This document shows positions 1-10,228 of a stretch of 64,000 bases of DNA, piece after piece. Source of the DNA: Candidatus Bathyarchaeia archaeon (GTDB lineage: Archaea > Thermoproteota > Bathyarchaeia > 40CM-2-53-6); the NCBI GenBank assembly GCA_049513715.1, contig JBEKVV010000001.1, positions 544,001 to 608,000 of the forward strand, written 5' to 3'. The notes below the pieces were generated by a model. It saw only the letters and a list, made by a program, of their open reading frames with translations, was not told the DNA's origin and searched no databases. The translations under genes and the position numbers were made by a program. Within the stretch, counting starts at the first letter, position 1. Each line of letters opens with the position of its first letter.

Positions 1-1
1 T

Positions 2-388
2 TTGGGGCGGCCCTTGTCGCAGCTCCTGCTCAACCAGGATGCTACGGTCACAATCTGCCACTCAAAGACGAACAATCTCAAGGAAATCTGCAGACAGGCT
101 GACGTGCTGATAACTGGTATCGGGCATAGGGCTGAATTCAAAGTTGGGGCCGACATGATCAAGCCCGGAGCAGCAGTTGTAGACGTCGGCATCAGCAGCG
201 TTAGCGGGAAATTGATGGGCGATGTGGATTTTGAAGCGGCCAGCCAGGTCGCCTCGTATGTAACCCCTGTCCCAGGTGGAGTCGGTCCAATGACGATCGC
301 AGTGCTGCTCTACAATACCGTGCTCGCTGCATGCCTGCAAAACGGTGTCGAGATGCAATTCAACTTGGATCAGTTGGGGCCATCCTGA
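2..388 (+). CDS. folD: Bifunctional methylene-THF dehydrogenase/cyclohydrolase, 5'-truncated by window edge
   Basis: [21 protein letters not shown] and [11 protein letters not shown] motifs. Confidence 0.95.
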   Translation: MGRPLSQLLLNQDATVTICHSKTNNLKEICRQADVLITGIGHRAEFKVGADMIKPGAAVVDVGISSVSGKLMGDVDFEAASQVASYVTPVPGGVGPMTIAVLLYNTVLAACLQNGVEMQFNLDQLGPS

Positions 389-454
389 ATCATTATGAAC
401 GCAGACGTGGGGGAGCCTCTGGGAGTAAATTGCCCTGGGGCAACTCAGGGCAGG

Positions 455-752
455 GTGTCGGACGCCGAAATTTCAGGTGTCGGACACGTGTTTGTTTTGG
501 CCTGGGATAGGGGAAGGGTGAGATCACCCGAGGGTGAGCTGACGTCACCTCTCTTCCTTGTCAGGGTGGTAGCCCCCCCTAGTAGGGGGGTACCGACCCG
601 AGGGTGAGGTTCGCAGGATTGGACACACCCGATGTTTGGGTGTGGCTCTTTTCGTACAACCTCCGCGGGAACATGGAAAGCGAGAGCATCTAGAAGGGTT
701 GTCAGACACAGGAAATTCAGGTGTCATACACCTATGCTGGGGTGTCATACAC
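455..752. repeat. Array of imperfect palindromes GTGTC(N)2ACAC-like, spaced 21-22 bp
   Basis: Copies at 455-465 GTGTCGGACGC, 477-487 GTGTCGGACAC, 699-709 TTGTCAGACAC, 721-731 and 742-752 GTGTCATACAC. The spacers cgaaatttcag and aggaaattcag are also similar. Confidence 0.75.
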
Positions 753-855
753 CCTCTACCTATCAACGTGATTCCGTAGGGAGAGTAAGTTGGCGCAGGT
801 CAAGCGAGGGTTCACGATGAGGTACCATAGAGAGGTAGGTGGCCAAAGGCCAGTA

Positions 856-955
856 TTCGTGTGTGTGGTACTATTGGTGCGAGCATCGTGATTTGAACCG
901 CTGTTCGTCGGCGCCATATTTTGTGTGTGTGCACCAGCATACCCACACACACGAA
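856..955. repeat. 100-bp element with 13-bp perfect terminal inverted repeats and a tRNA-3'-end-like segment (repeat copy A)
   Basis: TTCGTGTGTGTGG (856-868) and CCACACACACGAA (943-955). Minus strand reads GGTTCAAATCACGATGCTCGCACCA. Confidence 0.7.
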
Positions 956-1005
956 AGACTAATGATGACCCGTAACATGCAAAACATGCATGGTGTCTAG
1001 CCCTA

Positions 1006-1947
1006 ATGGAATTCAAAGTGCGACCTCTTAGGCAGGAGGATCTGAAGAACGCGGACCACATCATGCGTGTGGCCTTTGGAACGTTCCTTGGTCTTCCTGA
1101 TCCAGCAAACTTCGGAGAGGGCATGGACCACGTAGAGACTCGTTGGCTGGCAGATCCCAATGCGGCTTTTGGTGCCGAAGCAGATGGCGAACTTGTAGGT
1201 TCTAGCTTCGTCACAAGGTGGGGCAGCTTCGGGTTCCTCGGGCCAGTAACTGTGCGTCCAGATTTGTGGGACCGGGGCATTGCTAAACTCCTGCTCGACC
1301 CGACAATGGAGCTTTTCAACAAGTGGGGGGTCAGCCATACGGGCCTCTTTACCTTCGCTCACAGCCCAAAGCATCTAGGCTTGTACCAGAAGTTCGGGTT
1401 TTGGCCAAGATTTCTAACACCCATTATGTTGAAGCCAGTCAAGCTGACTCATGATTCCGACGGCTGGTCCAGATTTTCAGATGTACCTGATGTGGAGAAG
1501 GAAAGATGCTTGATGACTTGTCGAAGCTTGACCAGCTCAATATACGAAGGATTGGATTTGGAGCGAGAAATAGCGGCTGTTCGAAATCAGAGGCTTGGCG
1601 ACACCGTACTGTTGTGGGAAGGCGAAAAGCTTGTCGGCTTTGCTGTGTGCCATTGCGGGCCTGGGACTGAGGCTGGAAGAGATACGTGTTACATCAAGTT
1701 CGGAGCTGTTCGTGGGGGGTCTGGTGCGGAGAATCTCTTTGACAAGTTGCTGAATGCCTGTGAGGAACTAGCTTCGATGCGCGGAATGACGACTGTGATG
1801 GCGGGCGTCAATAGCGCTTGTCATAATGCGTATCGGAGAATGATTGCGCGAGGCTTTCGCATAGACTTTCAAGGGGTTACGATGCTAAGACCTAACGAGC
1901 CATCTTTTGATAGGCCCGATTGTTACGTTATGTGTGATTTGCGTTAG
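1006..1947 (+). CDS. GNAT family N-acetyltransferase (tandem GNAT domains)
   Basis: FLGPVTVRPDLWDRGIAKLLL acetyl-CoA motif A, LYQKFGF. Confidence 0.85.
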   Translation: MEFKVRPLRQEDLKNADHIMRVAFGTFLGLPDPANFGEGMDHVETRWLADPNAAFGAEADGELVGSSFVTRWGSFGFLGPVTVRPDLWDRGIAKLLLDPTMELFNKWGVSHTGLFTFAHSPKHLGLYQKFGFWPRFLTPIMLKPVKLTHDSDGWSRFSDVPDVEKERCLMTCRSLTSSIYEGLDLEREIAAVRNQRLGDTVLLWEGEKLVGFAVCHCGPGTEAGRDTCYIKFGAVRGGSGAENLFDKLLNACEELASMRGMTTVMAGVNSACHNAYRRMIARGFRIDFQGVTMLRPNEPSFDRPDCYVMCDLR

Positions 1948-2213
1948 AAACATGTCTACGTATCAGCCCTTGGCACTGGACCGGGTCGTAGTGATTCGTC
2001 GCCCCGCTGCAAGTGCAGACGCAACTGCGAACTACTCCAAAGCCTAGCCGAACAGGTACTGGAGAGATGGGAGATTTGCCTGCTGGCTCGGATACCCCAG
2101 GTTCAGGTCATTTGAGCATCCTTTTTGTGACTGTCTTCATTGCCAACAGGCGGGCTAAATGAGCGGTGTTGAACGCAATGAGTGTTTTGGGTTTCTGTTG
2201 GAACTGATTTTCG

Positions 2214-3086
2214 TTAACGTTTTGCCTTCGATACAGCATACGCTGCAATTCTGTCTGCGGCGTTAACGCCCGTGGCAGCGAGTAACCCTCGAAAGCCTGG
2301 TGAGGCGTTGACTTCTATCACGTAAGGTTCACTCTCAACAGAGATCAAGTCTACCCCAGCAATCTCTACACCCACGGCCTGCGCTGCCTTGACGGCTGTT
2401 TCAGCCTCTACTTGGGTAGGTTTGTGGGGGATTCCGTGTCCGCCCATGTGAATATTGCTCCGCCACTCATGGGCTGCGGCCTTCCGTTTCATGGCTCCCA
2501 CAATCTCTCCTCCAGCGATGAAAACGCGGATGTCTTCGCCTGGATTCGGCAGGAACTTCTGGAGGCAGATCATCTGGTCTAATTCGGAAAGGGTGTCAAT
2601 AATGGGTCCAGCTTCCTTCACATCCCTGACCAGCATGACTCCGATTCCTTGGGTTCCGCTTAGCAGCTTCATAACGAGTGGTGGTGACAGGTACTCGGTG
2701 GGCTCCTCGTTCTTGTTCCGAGAGGCAATCAGTACACTCTCAGGAATCTTCACGTGAGCTGCATAAAGCGCCTGCAAGGCGAGGTACTTGTTCCTCGCCG
2801 TCAAAAGGCCCTCCTTTGAGAGGGTCGAGGGTATGCCCATCAGTTCGAAATGCTTGAGCAACATCACGCCCAATTGCGTTAGACTGCGGCCTATTCGCGG
2901 AATCACAACGTCGATGAGTGAGAGGGATTTCTTTTCGTAGATGGCGTCAACCTTTGCCCCTTCCAAGGTCAAGTGAACTTCTGGCGTTTTGACGTAAACG
3001 GGCTCGACGCCTTTTTCTCTAAGGGCCCGCGTGATCTCCGATGTTGCCCAGAACTCTTGATTTCGAGAGAGTACCCCAATTTTCAT
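2214..3086 (-). CDS. rimK: RimK family ATP-grasp alpha-L-glutamate ligase
   Basis: VIPRIG, GTQGIGV, WRSNIHMGG, GVDL, EVNASPGF. Confidence 0.85.
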   Translation of the reverse strand: MKIGVLSRNQEFWATSEITRALREKGVEPVYVKTPEVHLTLEGAKVDAIYEKKSLSLIDVVIPRIGRSLTQLGVMLLKHFELMGIPSTLSKEGLLTARNKYLALQALYAAHVKIPESVLIASRNKNEEPTEYLSPPLVMKLLSGTQGIGVMLVRDVKEAGPIIDTLSELDQMICLQKFLPNPGEDIRVFIAGGEIVGAMKRKAAAHEWRSNIHMGGHGIPHKPTQVEAETAVKAAQAVGVEIAGVDLISVESEPYVIEVNASPGFRGLLAATGVNAADRIAAYAVSKAKR

Positions 3087-3152
3087 AAGTTTTGCCCCCG
3101 GTCAACGGCGCTTAATACTTGGACTGTTGATAAACGATGCGCAGTGGTGGCC

Positions 3153-3545
3153 ATGAAGACCAAGGAACCAATCTTCATCGGACCCGTCGAATACGTAAAG
3201 GTGATCGGCCACCACGGCGAGGCGCGGGTCAAAGGTAAAGTCGACACTGGAGCAAGCAGAACTTCAGTTGATGTCTGGCTTGCAGCTAACATAGGCCTCG
3301 GGCCAACTGTTGATGTGGCCAAAGTGAAGTCCGCCTTCTTAGACGAAGTCCGAACAAGGCCGCTGGTTCGAGGAATAGTTGAAATCGCCGGCGTCAGGTT
3401 CACGCTTCCTGTAACTGTCAATGACCGATCGGACATGCGCTACCCCGTGCTCATCGGGATGGACATTCTCAAGTCGGGACGCTTCTTGATTGACCCCACA
3501 AAGAGGCCTCCACCAAAATATCGGCCGGGGGGCAAACCAAAGTAG
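3153..3545 (+). CDS. RimK-associated retropepsin-like protease (putative ATP-dependent zinc protease family)
   Basis: KVDTGASRTS and DRSDMRYPVLIG motifs; divergent from rimK; ATG at 3153 chosen as start. Confidence 0.8.
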   Translation: MKTKEPIFIGPVEYVKVIGHHGEARVKGKVDTGASRTSVDVWLAANIGLGPTVDVAKVKSAFLDEVRTRPLVRGIVEIAGVRFTLPVTVNDRSDMRYPVLIGMDILKSGRFLIDPTKRPPPKYRPGGKPK

Positions 3546-3610
3546 AAGTAAGACCGCTGCTGAGACCGGGATGAAGCATTTTTCAATGCCAACGCAATAA
3601 GACAAGCGGG

Positions 3611-4555
3611 TTGAATGCCGAGTTGTTCGCAGGCCGCGATTTTATCTCAATGGCTGACCTTAGCGGCGAAGAAATCCAATCCCTCTTGGAGCTTGCAGTG
3701 AAACTGAAGTCTGATGCCAAGCAGGGTAAAATTTCGCCGGTATTGTCTGGCAAGGTTATTGGTCTCCTGTTTGAGAAAGCTTCAACCAGAACTAGGGCAA
3801 GCTTCGAGACCGCAATCTACCAATTGGGAGGCCAGGCGATGTACCTTAGGGCCGACGAGCTTCAGCTGGCACGCGGCGAGCCGTTGAAAGACACAGCCCG
3901 CATCCTAGGAGCTTATCTCAACGGCCTCATTATCAGAACTTACGCTCACCAGAACCTCCTTGAAATCGCCGAATACTCACCCGTCCCAATCATCAACGCG
4001 CTCAGCGACTCGGAGCATCCCACCCAGATTGTGGCCGACCTGCTGACCGTTCTCGAATCGAAAGGCAAACTTGCAGGTCTGAAGCTCGTTTGGGTCGGTG
4101 ACGGAAACAACGTATGCAACTCGTGGCTCCTCGGCGGCGCAAGCATGGGAATGCACGTAACGGTTTCGTGCCCGAAAGGATTCGAACCTGACAAAGCAGT
4201 GTTTAAGAAATCTGAAAAGCTCGCAGAAAATTCCGGGGGAGTCGTTGAAATCGTTCGGGATCCAAGAAAGGCCGTTGCGGGCGCTGATGTGCTCTACACA
4301 GACGTTTGGGTCAGTATGGGCCAAGAGAAGGGCGCGAAGAAGAAGGAACTGAAGTTCAAGCCTTACCAAATCAACGATAAGCTCGTTTCTAGGGCTAAAG
4401 AAGATTGCGCGGTGATGCATTGCCTTCCAGCGCATAGAGGCTTGGAGATTACTGATGAGGTGCTTGAGGGCCCGAAGAGCATCGTTTGGAAGCAAGCAGA
4501 GAACAAGTTACATGGCGCTAGGGCGGTCTTAGCTGCCTTTTTTAGCGTCTCCTAG
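3611..4555 (+). CDS. argF: Ornithine carbamoyltransferase
   Basis: FEKASTRTR, HPTQ, DVWVSMG, HCLP. Confidence 0.95.
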   Translation: MNAELFAGRDFISMADLSGEEIQSLLELAVKLKSDAKQGKISPVLSGKVIGLLFEKASTRTRASFETAIYQLGGQAMYLRADELQLARGEPLKDTARILGAYLNGLIIRTYAHQNLLEIAEYSPVPIINALSDSEHPTQIVADLLTVLESKGKLAGLKLVWVGDGNNVCNSWLLGGASMGMHVTVSCPKGFEPDKAVFKKSEKLAENSGGVVEIVRDPRKAVAGADVLYTDVWVSMGQEKGAKKKELKFKPYQINDKLVSRAKEDCAVMHCLPAHRGLEITDEVLEGPKSIVWKQAENKLHGARAVLAAFFSVS

Positions 4556-4981
4556 GCCCGCTTTCGTCGGGGGATTTTCCAAGTACGCATGGGCTCTCTG
4601 CAGTGTATCCTTGGCATTCTTGTAGGTCAACCTCTCGGTCGCCCTTTCATACGTTAGCCAGTCAAAACCCACATGTTCTCTTGACAGGCGGACGGGACTG
4701 GTTTTGGTTTCAACGAGGTAGAAGATCACTTCCTTGTACACGATCTGGCCGGCGCGTCTGTAATAGTAGCTGATGGGTTGTCTGTAGCCCTCGATGAAAG
4801 TTAGGTCTGTTAGTCCAGTTTCCTCCTCGGTTTCTCTGCGAACGGTATCCGTCTCTGTTTCGTTTGGTTCCACATGCCCCTTAACGAAGTCCCAGTGCCC
4901 GCCCTCATAGTGTAAGAGTAGGTACTTGCGGTTCCCGTTTCGCTTGAAGATCACAGCTCCACATGACTTTTCCGCCGGCAT
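4529..4981 (-). CDS. Nudix hydrolase, Ap4A hydrolase-like
   Basis: WDFVKGHVEPNETETDTVRRETEEETG Nudix box; SREH. Confidence 0.85.
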   Translation of the reverse strand: MPAEKSCGAVIFKRNGNRKYLLLHYEGGHWDFVKGHVEPNETETDTVRRETEEETGLTDLTFIEGYRQPISYYYRRAGQIVYKEVIFYLVETKTSPVRLSREHVGFDWLTYERATERLTYKNAKDTLQRAHAYLENPPTKAGLGDAKKGS

Positions 4982-5073
4982 TTTGTTGCTCTTGAATAAC
5001 CGTGAATAGGTTAGCGCCCAGTGAACCTTTGTTCTACCTTAATTTGTTTGCCTTGACTTGTGAAAACTCAAGT

Positions 5074-6015
5074 CTACATTGCAGAAGAGAGCAGAAATGC
5101 AAGGGCCGCGCCTAATAGTGGAGCCAGGGTCCAACCGAGAATAATCTCCCGTGTCAGCCTACCATTTCTGACTACGATTTTTCTCGGAATCGCAGCACCG
5201 AACACTCCCCCCACAACTGCCTGGGACACCGATACAGGTATGCCAAATTCAGTGAATCCGTGAACCGTAATGGCGCCCCCCAGCTGTGCTGCGAATGAGG
5301 CTGAAGGACTGAGGCCCACGATGTTCTCAGCCACGCTTCGCGTAGTTCCTTTGCTGAATAGAATCATTCCGATAATTGTCGCAACAGCAAAGGCGACCGA
5401 GACAACAGGACGATTTATTGTTGGTCCCGCAACCATACCGATTAGTAGCCCAACCGTATTCGCGCCGAGGACATAGGATGCATAGACACCACTGAATATT
5501 GTCAGATAAGCGTAGAAGCGGTTCATCGTGAAAACCCTCCTCATCCTCTTCGCAAGTGATTTGGTCATTAGCGATAGCAGCATGGAGATTACTAGCCCTA
5601 GGAACGGTGTGAGCAGCCAAGAAGATCCGACGATCAACGTGTACCGCCAGTCCACAGCGATTCCACCAGCCAAGGCAGACCCGATTGCAGCTCCTACAGC
5701 AACCTGTGAAAGGCTGATTGGCAACTTCCGGTAAGTCAGAAACGCCATTATTATGAAAGTTGAAATTGCGACCGCCAATGCGAAATGTGAATCTGCGGTC
5801 GCAACTATCCCCGAACCTATTGCCCTCGACAGCTTACTGCCTTCCAGGAGGACGCCTGCCAAAAGCCCTAGAGATGCAAGCGCAAGGGCTTGCGGGTATC
5901 TCAAAGCCCGGGCGCCCATTGAAGTGCCAATACAGGATGACAAGTTGTTGGCCCCCAGAATAACGCACAACGCAAGCCCTGGTAGTAGATCAATGTAGGC
6001 TGTTAGCTCAGGCAA
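5074..6015 (-). CDS. PiT family inorganic phosphate transporter
   Basis: GANN/GANT and PISLSQ/PVSVSQ repeats; many TM helices; next to DUF47. Confidence 0.85.
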   Translation of the reverse strand: MPELTAYIDLLPGLALCVILGANNLSSCIGTSMGARALRYPQALALASLGLLAGVLLEGSKLSRAIGSGIVATADSHFALAVAISTFIIMAFLTYRKLPISLSQVAVGAAIGSALAGGIAVDWRYTLIVGSSWLLTPFLGLVISMLLSLMTKSLAKRMRRVFTMNRFYAYLTIFSGVYASYVLGANTVGLLIGMVAGPTINRPVVSVAFAVATIIGMILFSKGTTRSVAENIVGLSPSASFAAQLGGAITVHGFTEFGIPVSVSQAVVGGVFGAAIPRKIVVRNGRLTREIILGWTLAPLLGAALAFLLSSAM

Positions 6016-6073
6016 TTGCGCACTCTGCTGTTTGGAAGAGTCGGACGGCGTTACGTTAATGCGCTCAGTGCAC

Positions 6074-6250
6074 TCAAACTTTTCCGGCGATCTGATCGGC
6101 TTTCTGTTTGAGATCGGTTGATCTGTTCATGACACCGTGCTGCTCACAATAGTACAGGGCTTCTTGTTTGCGAGACGTCTCTGTGGGAGGAGAGTTCGAA
6201 GAGCTCTCGCTCATTTGAGTCATCCCTTTACCGCAGAGAGGACATTTCAT
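6074..6250 (-). CDS. Small zinc-ribbon protein (58 aa), not in ORF track
   Basis: Hand translation MKCPLCGKGMTQM...LYYCEQHGVMNR...GKV*; CxxC...CxxH. Confidence 0.6.
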   Translation of the reverse strand: MKCPLCGKGMTQMSESSSNSPPTETSRKQEALYYCEQHGVMNRSTDLKQKADQIAGKV

Positions 6251-6350
6251 GGCTCGAACCCACCTTTTTCATAGCTCTTGAGTGCCAAAGTGAGGGATAG
6301 TTGATGGCTAAAAGCCTTTAATTCAGTTCTCTTACTGCCTATCGTGAGAG

Positions 6351-7037
6351 CTAGGCCTCTGCTTTTGCTACGAGGGAGATTACAAGGTCCGAAGCGTCCT
6401 CCGCGGCGTCCCCAATTTCGTCGAGTTTCAGGACAAAATCACGCAGCTGCAAAAGCGTCAGAACTTCTAAGTCAGATTTGTGCGCAAAGATTTTCTTGAT
6501 TAATTCGCTCTTTATTTCGTCAGCGTCCTCCTCGGCACGCTCCACCAGGAGCGCCTTGCTAACCGCAATCTCAGAATCCGTTTCCAAGCTGAGTATGGCT
6601 TCTCCAAGAAGCCTGACGGCTGATTCGAGTTTTGTGAACAGGTCGGGCAATGTAGCTGGTTGTTCGTACAGTATGAGGAATGAGTGCATGTCTATTGGCG
6701 AGTCAGCCAAGATCCTTGCAGCGTTTTGGGCGGCGTCTGCGACATTATCGTTTAGCTCCATGAGCTCAATGAAATCCTCTCGTGTTCCAGAAAAAAAGGC
6801 GCCTTGAGAGATGTCCAAGACCGCGTCACGATGCAGACCATCTGCTAAGGTCTCGAACTCCCCAACCTTGTCGGCAACTTCATTCACTAGGGTCCAATCC
6901 CCGGTCTTCGCGTACTCGAACAATGGTTCAAGTTGTTGAACAGTTTTGACGACGATAATGAGGTGGTCTGATATGAGGTTCAGAACTCGCCTTTCCTTTC
7001 TCCCAACAAGGTGGAAGCGTCCGAAGAGTGATTTCAT
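6351..7037 (-). CDS. DUF47 / PhoU-like phosphate transport regulator
   Basis: ETLADGL...REDFIEL...DNVAD and EEDADEIK...DEIGDAAED repeats. Confidence 0.85.
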   Translation of the reverse strand: MKSLFGRFHLVGRKERRVLNLISDHLIIVVKTVQQLEPLFEYAKTGDWTLVNEVADKVGEFETLADGLHRDAVLDISQGAFFSGTREDFIELMELNDNVADAAQNAARILADSPIDMHSFLILYEQPATLPDLFTKLESAVRLLGEAILSLETDSEIAVSKALLVERAEEDADEIKSELIKKIFAHKSDLEVLTLLQLRDFVLKLDEIGDAAEDASDLVISLVAKAEA

Positions 7038-7055
7038 TGGGATACCTGATTCTGG

Positions 7056-7916
7056 CTAAATCGATCCCGCATATTGGTCGAGTGTTCCTGCAGGCGGGAA
7101 ACCTGCCAATTCCCTTTCAATGTATTCCTGTAGTCGTTTGAGGCTTTTCAGCTGGTTCGGTTGGGCTATCCCCAGCATCTGCATGGTTTGAATGCAGTTT
7201 TCCGGAGCGTACCCGTGAAAGTGGTTGTTGAAGATGCCAAATGTCTTCTTCGTGTTCGCTTGGACCTCTTTGATTTTGGGCACCCACCCTTCGAGCTGAT
7301 CCTGTGTGTACCTGTAATTGTACCAAGGCTTTTCACCGTGGCCATGCCACCTAACGTATCCTATGGGTGAAGTGATGTGGACTTCGGGAGGAAGCAGTGG
7401 CTCATCCACGATACAATACGCTGCTTGATACTTCGAAAGAATCCGCCATGTCGCATCATTCATCCAAGACTTGTGCCGAAACTCGACAACATAATCATAA
7501 CGATGCGGCAACGCAGCTAGGAAATTCTCCAACAGCTGATCGTTTCGGCGGAGCGATGGGGGCAATTGAACTAGGAAACATCCAAGCCTGTCTTGTGTCA
7601 GCAAGGGGTCGAAGAGTTGAACGAATTTCTCTAACTCCTCCTGGCTTTCGGCACTCAGTTTCAGGCGCAGGTCATGGGTGAATTTCTGGTTTATCTTCGC
7701 GCTGAACATGAATCCTCGCTTCGTGTTTCTAGTAAGCCCGAGAATTGTTCCCTCATCAGGCTGCCTGTAAAAGGAAGAGTTCAGTTCCACGGTATCGAAC
7801 ACGGTCGAATACTGTTGCAGCATGCTCTTCCCGGGGTCGTAGAGTGGCCCAACCCACTCCTTGTAGGACCAACCCGCGCAACCGAAGTATAACCGAGCAT
7901 CAGGCACTGTCGACAT
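7056..7916 (-). CDS. DUF72 family protein
   Basis: GCAGWSY, VELNSSFY, LVQLPPS, EFRHKSW, YVRWHG, FNNH. Confidence 0.9.
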   Translation of the reverse strand: MSTVPDARLYFGCAGWSYKEWVGPLYDPGKSMLQQYSTVFDTVELNSSFYRQPDEGTILGLTRNTKRGFMFSAKINQKFTHDLRLKLSAESQEELEKFVQLFDPLLTQDRLGCFLVQLPPSLRRNDQLLENFLAALPHRYDYVVEFRHKSWMNDATWRILSKYQAAYCIVDEPLLPPEVHITSPIGYVRWHGHGEKPWYNYRYTQDQLEGWVPKIKEVQANTKKTFGIFNNHFHGYAPENCIQTMQMLGIAQPNQLKSLKRLQEYIERELAGFPPAGTLDQYAGSI

Positions 7917-8109
7917 TTGTAGCCAAACGCATCCTAGGGATGTGATTGCGTTAGTTGTGGCGGGCTTATTTTTCCATTACGGGAAAGTAGCATCCTACCG
8001 TGCGATTGCGCGAGGGTGTTCTAGGTACAATAAGCGCTAATAGCTCCGTTGCGAGTGGGGTTGGAGGGCCGTTCGCCAATTCGACCTGTTCGCGAAGAGA
8101 GGTCTTCGA

Positions 8110-9888
8110 GTGGGGCAAATGAAGTTCAACAGACTCGTTGAAGTATTCGAGCAGATCGAGGGAACCACTAAACGACTGGAAATGACTAGCCTACTAGTGG
8201 ACCTGATCAAACAGACACCCAATGAAGAGGTTGGCAGGGTCGCCTACTTGCTCCAAGGCAAACTCTACCCAGACTATGAAGGAGTAGAGTTAGGCCTGGC
8301 AGACAAACTCCTGATCAAAGCAGTGTCCGCAGTTTCCGGGAAATCAGAGAGTGCGATCGAAGACGATTACAAGAAGACCGGTGACGTGGGCCTAACCGTT
8401 GAGAAGATTCTGCAAAGGAAGTCGCAGGCTGTCCTGGTCAAGCGGACCTTGACGGTGAACGTTGTGTATGAGGTGTTTGACAGGATTGCTCATGAAGCCG
8501 GGTCGGGGTCGGTTGAAAACAAGATTCGGCTTCTGACGAGTTTACTGAATGATGCATCACCGAAGGAGGCGAAGTATATCGCCCGCATGGCTATGGGGAA
8601 ACTTCGCCTCGGCGTAGCTGATATGACAGTACTCGATGCGCTGGCGGTTGCATATGGAGGCGACAAGTCTGCGAGAGAGCCCCTCGAGCGGGCCTACAAC
8701 CTGTCATCAGACCTGGGTCACGTGGCTACGGTTGTGGCGACCGAGGGGCTTGAGGGCGTCCGGAAGTTCAAGATTACCGTGGGACGCCCAATCAGGTCAA
8801 TGCTCTGCGAACGACTGCCAACCGCAAAAGAAATACTAGAAAAACTTGGCGGTGTCGGAGCGGCTGAATACAAGTACGATGGCCTGAGGATTCAAGCACA
8901 CATTAGAAGCAAGGAGGTGCACCTGTTTTCCAGAAGGTTAGAAAACATCACGGAACAGTTTCCGGATGTTGCTCGATTGCTCCAGAAAAGCCTCACTGCA
9001 AACGAGGCTATTGTTGAAGGCGAATGCGTCGCCGTAGATCCCCACACAGGGGACATGCTCCCATTTCAAGTGATTTCACAGAGGCGCGGCAGAAAGTATG
9101 AGGTTGACAGAATGTCTGAAGAGGTCCCAGTCACCGTCTTCTTGTTCGATCTCCTATTCCTAAATGGCAAGGACATGACGATAATTCCGTACCTGGAAAG
9201 ACGAAAGGAGTTGGTCAAAGTAGTCGAAAAATCGGAACATGTCGCAGTGGCCGAACAGTTCATCGCACGTGAGCCGGAGAAACTTGAAGAATTGATGGAT
9301 CAGGCCGTGGCCGCGGGTTGCGAGGGGCTTGTTGTTAAGAGTACCTCCGAGGATTCGATTTACCAGGCTGGTGCGAGGGGTTGGCTTTGGATAAAATACA
9401 AGCGATCCTACAAAGCTGAGGTACAAGACACCTTTGACTTGGTTCCCGTTGGTGGGCTTGCTGGCCGTGGGAGAAGAGGCGGAAGTTACGGCGCCCTGTT
9501 AATGGCAGTGTACAATTCGGAAGAGGACATGTTTGAAACGCTCTGTAAACTGGGGTCGGGGTTTACAGATGAGGACCTAGCGAACCTTCCGAAGATGTTA
9601 GAGAAGTATGTGGTCAAGCATCGGCATCCACGGGTGAACTCGCTCATGGAGGCAGATACTTGGTTTAGCCCAGCTTTGGTTTTGGAAGTGGCGGCAGACG
9701 AAATCACGCTTTCGCCGTTGCATACGTGTGGCAAAGGGAAAGTGAGGCCTGGGAGTGGGTTGGCGTTGAGGTTTCCGAGGTTCACGGGCAATTGGCGGAA
9801 GGATAAGGCTCCAGAGGATGCGACAACGGCTCAGGAAACCTTGGAGATGTATAAGAAGCAACTCAAGAAAATCGAAACCGAAACGTAG
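8110..9888 (+). CDS. lig: ATP-dependent DNA ligase (typical archaeal ligase)
   Basis: EYKYDGLRIQ, EGLVVK, WIKYK, LRFPRF. Confidence 0.95.
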   Translation: MGQMKFNRLVEVFEQIEGTTKRLEMTSLLVDLIKQTPNEEVGRVAYLLQGKLYPDYEGVELGLADKLLIKAVSAVSGKSESAIEDDYKKTGDVGLTVEKILQRKSQAVLVKRTLTVNVVYEVFDRIAHEAGSGSVENKIRLLTSLLNDASPKEAKYIARMAMGKLRLGVADMTVLDALAVAYGGDKSAREPLERAYNLSSDLGHVATVVATEGLEGVRKFKITVGRPIRSMLCERLPTAKEILEKLGGVGAAEYKYDGLRIQAHIRSKEVHLFSRRLENITEQFPDVARLLQKSLTANEAIVEGECVAVDPHTGDMLPFQVISQRRGRKYEVDRMSEEVPVTVFLFDLLFLNGKDMTIIPYLERRKELVKVVEKSEHVAVAEQFIAREPEKLEELMDQAVAAGCEGLVVKSTSEDSIYQAGARGWLWIKYKRSYKAEVQDTFDLVPVGGLAGRGRRGGSYGALLMAVYNSEEDMFETLCKLGSGFTDEDLANLPKMLEKYVVKHRHPRVNSLMEADTWFSPALVLEVAADEITLSPLHTCGKGKVRPGSGLALRFPRFTGNWRKDKAPEDATTAQETLEMYKKQLKKIETET

Positions 9889-10228
9889 CTGGCCAATCGA
9901 GGACAACCATTGTAGCTGAGACTTGGCGAATCCCGCTCTTCTCAGGTGGATGTGGCCTCTTTTTCCGTCCAAGAAATTGCCGTGCTTGAGGCTAGGAATA
10001 GAGGCTGCTGCGCTTGGTTTTGCGGCGGGGTTGGTTGCTTTCAGAGGTGTACTATGCGCCGGCGCTTTGGAGCTTTCACTTTCCAGAAGCCTGAGGCATC
10101 TCGGTAATATTCGGTGCTCTCCAAGGTTCTTAGTCCTTAGAGTACTAATCAGTATTGTTAGTATATTTAAGGCTTAGCAATGCTGATTAAGCCTACGAGG
10201 CCTCATCAAGCCTGATGGCGGTCAAGGG

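Noticed and set aside
455..955. CRISPR array or integron attC sites
   Set aside because: Repeats are too short and irregular, with no unique 30-40 nt spacers, no cas or intI gene and no RYYYAAC...GTTRRRY ends.
962..1005. Box C/D sRNA (ATGATGA at 962)
   Set aside because: No D box (CTGA) at a suitable distance before the GNAT start.
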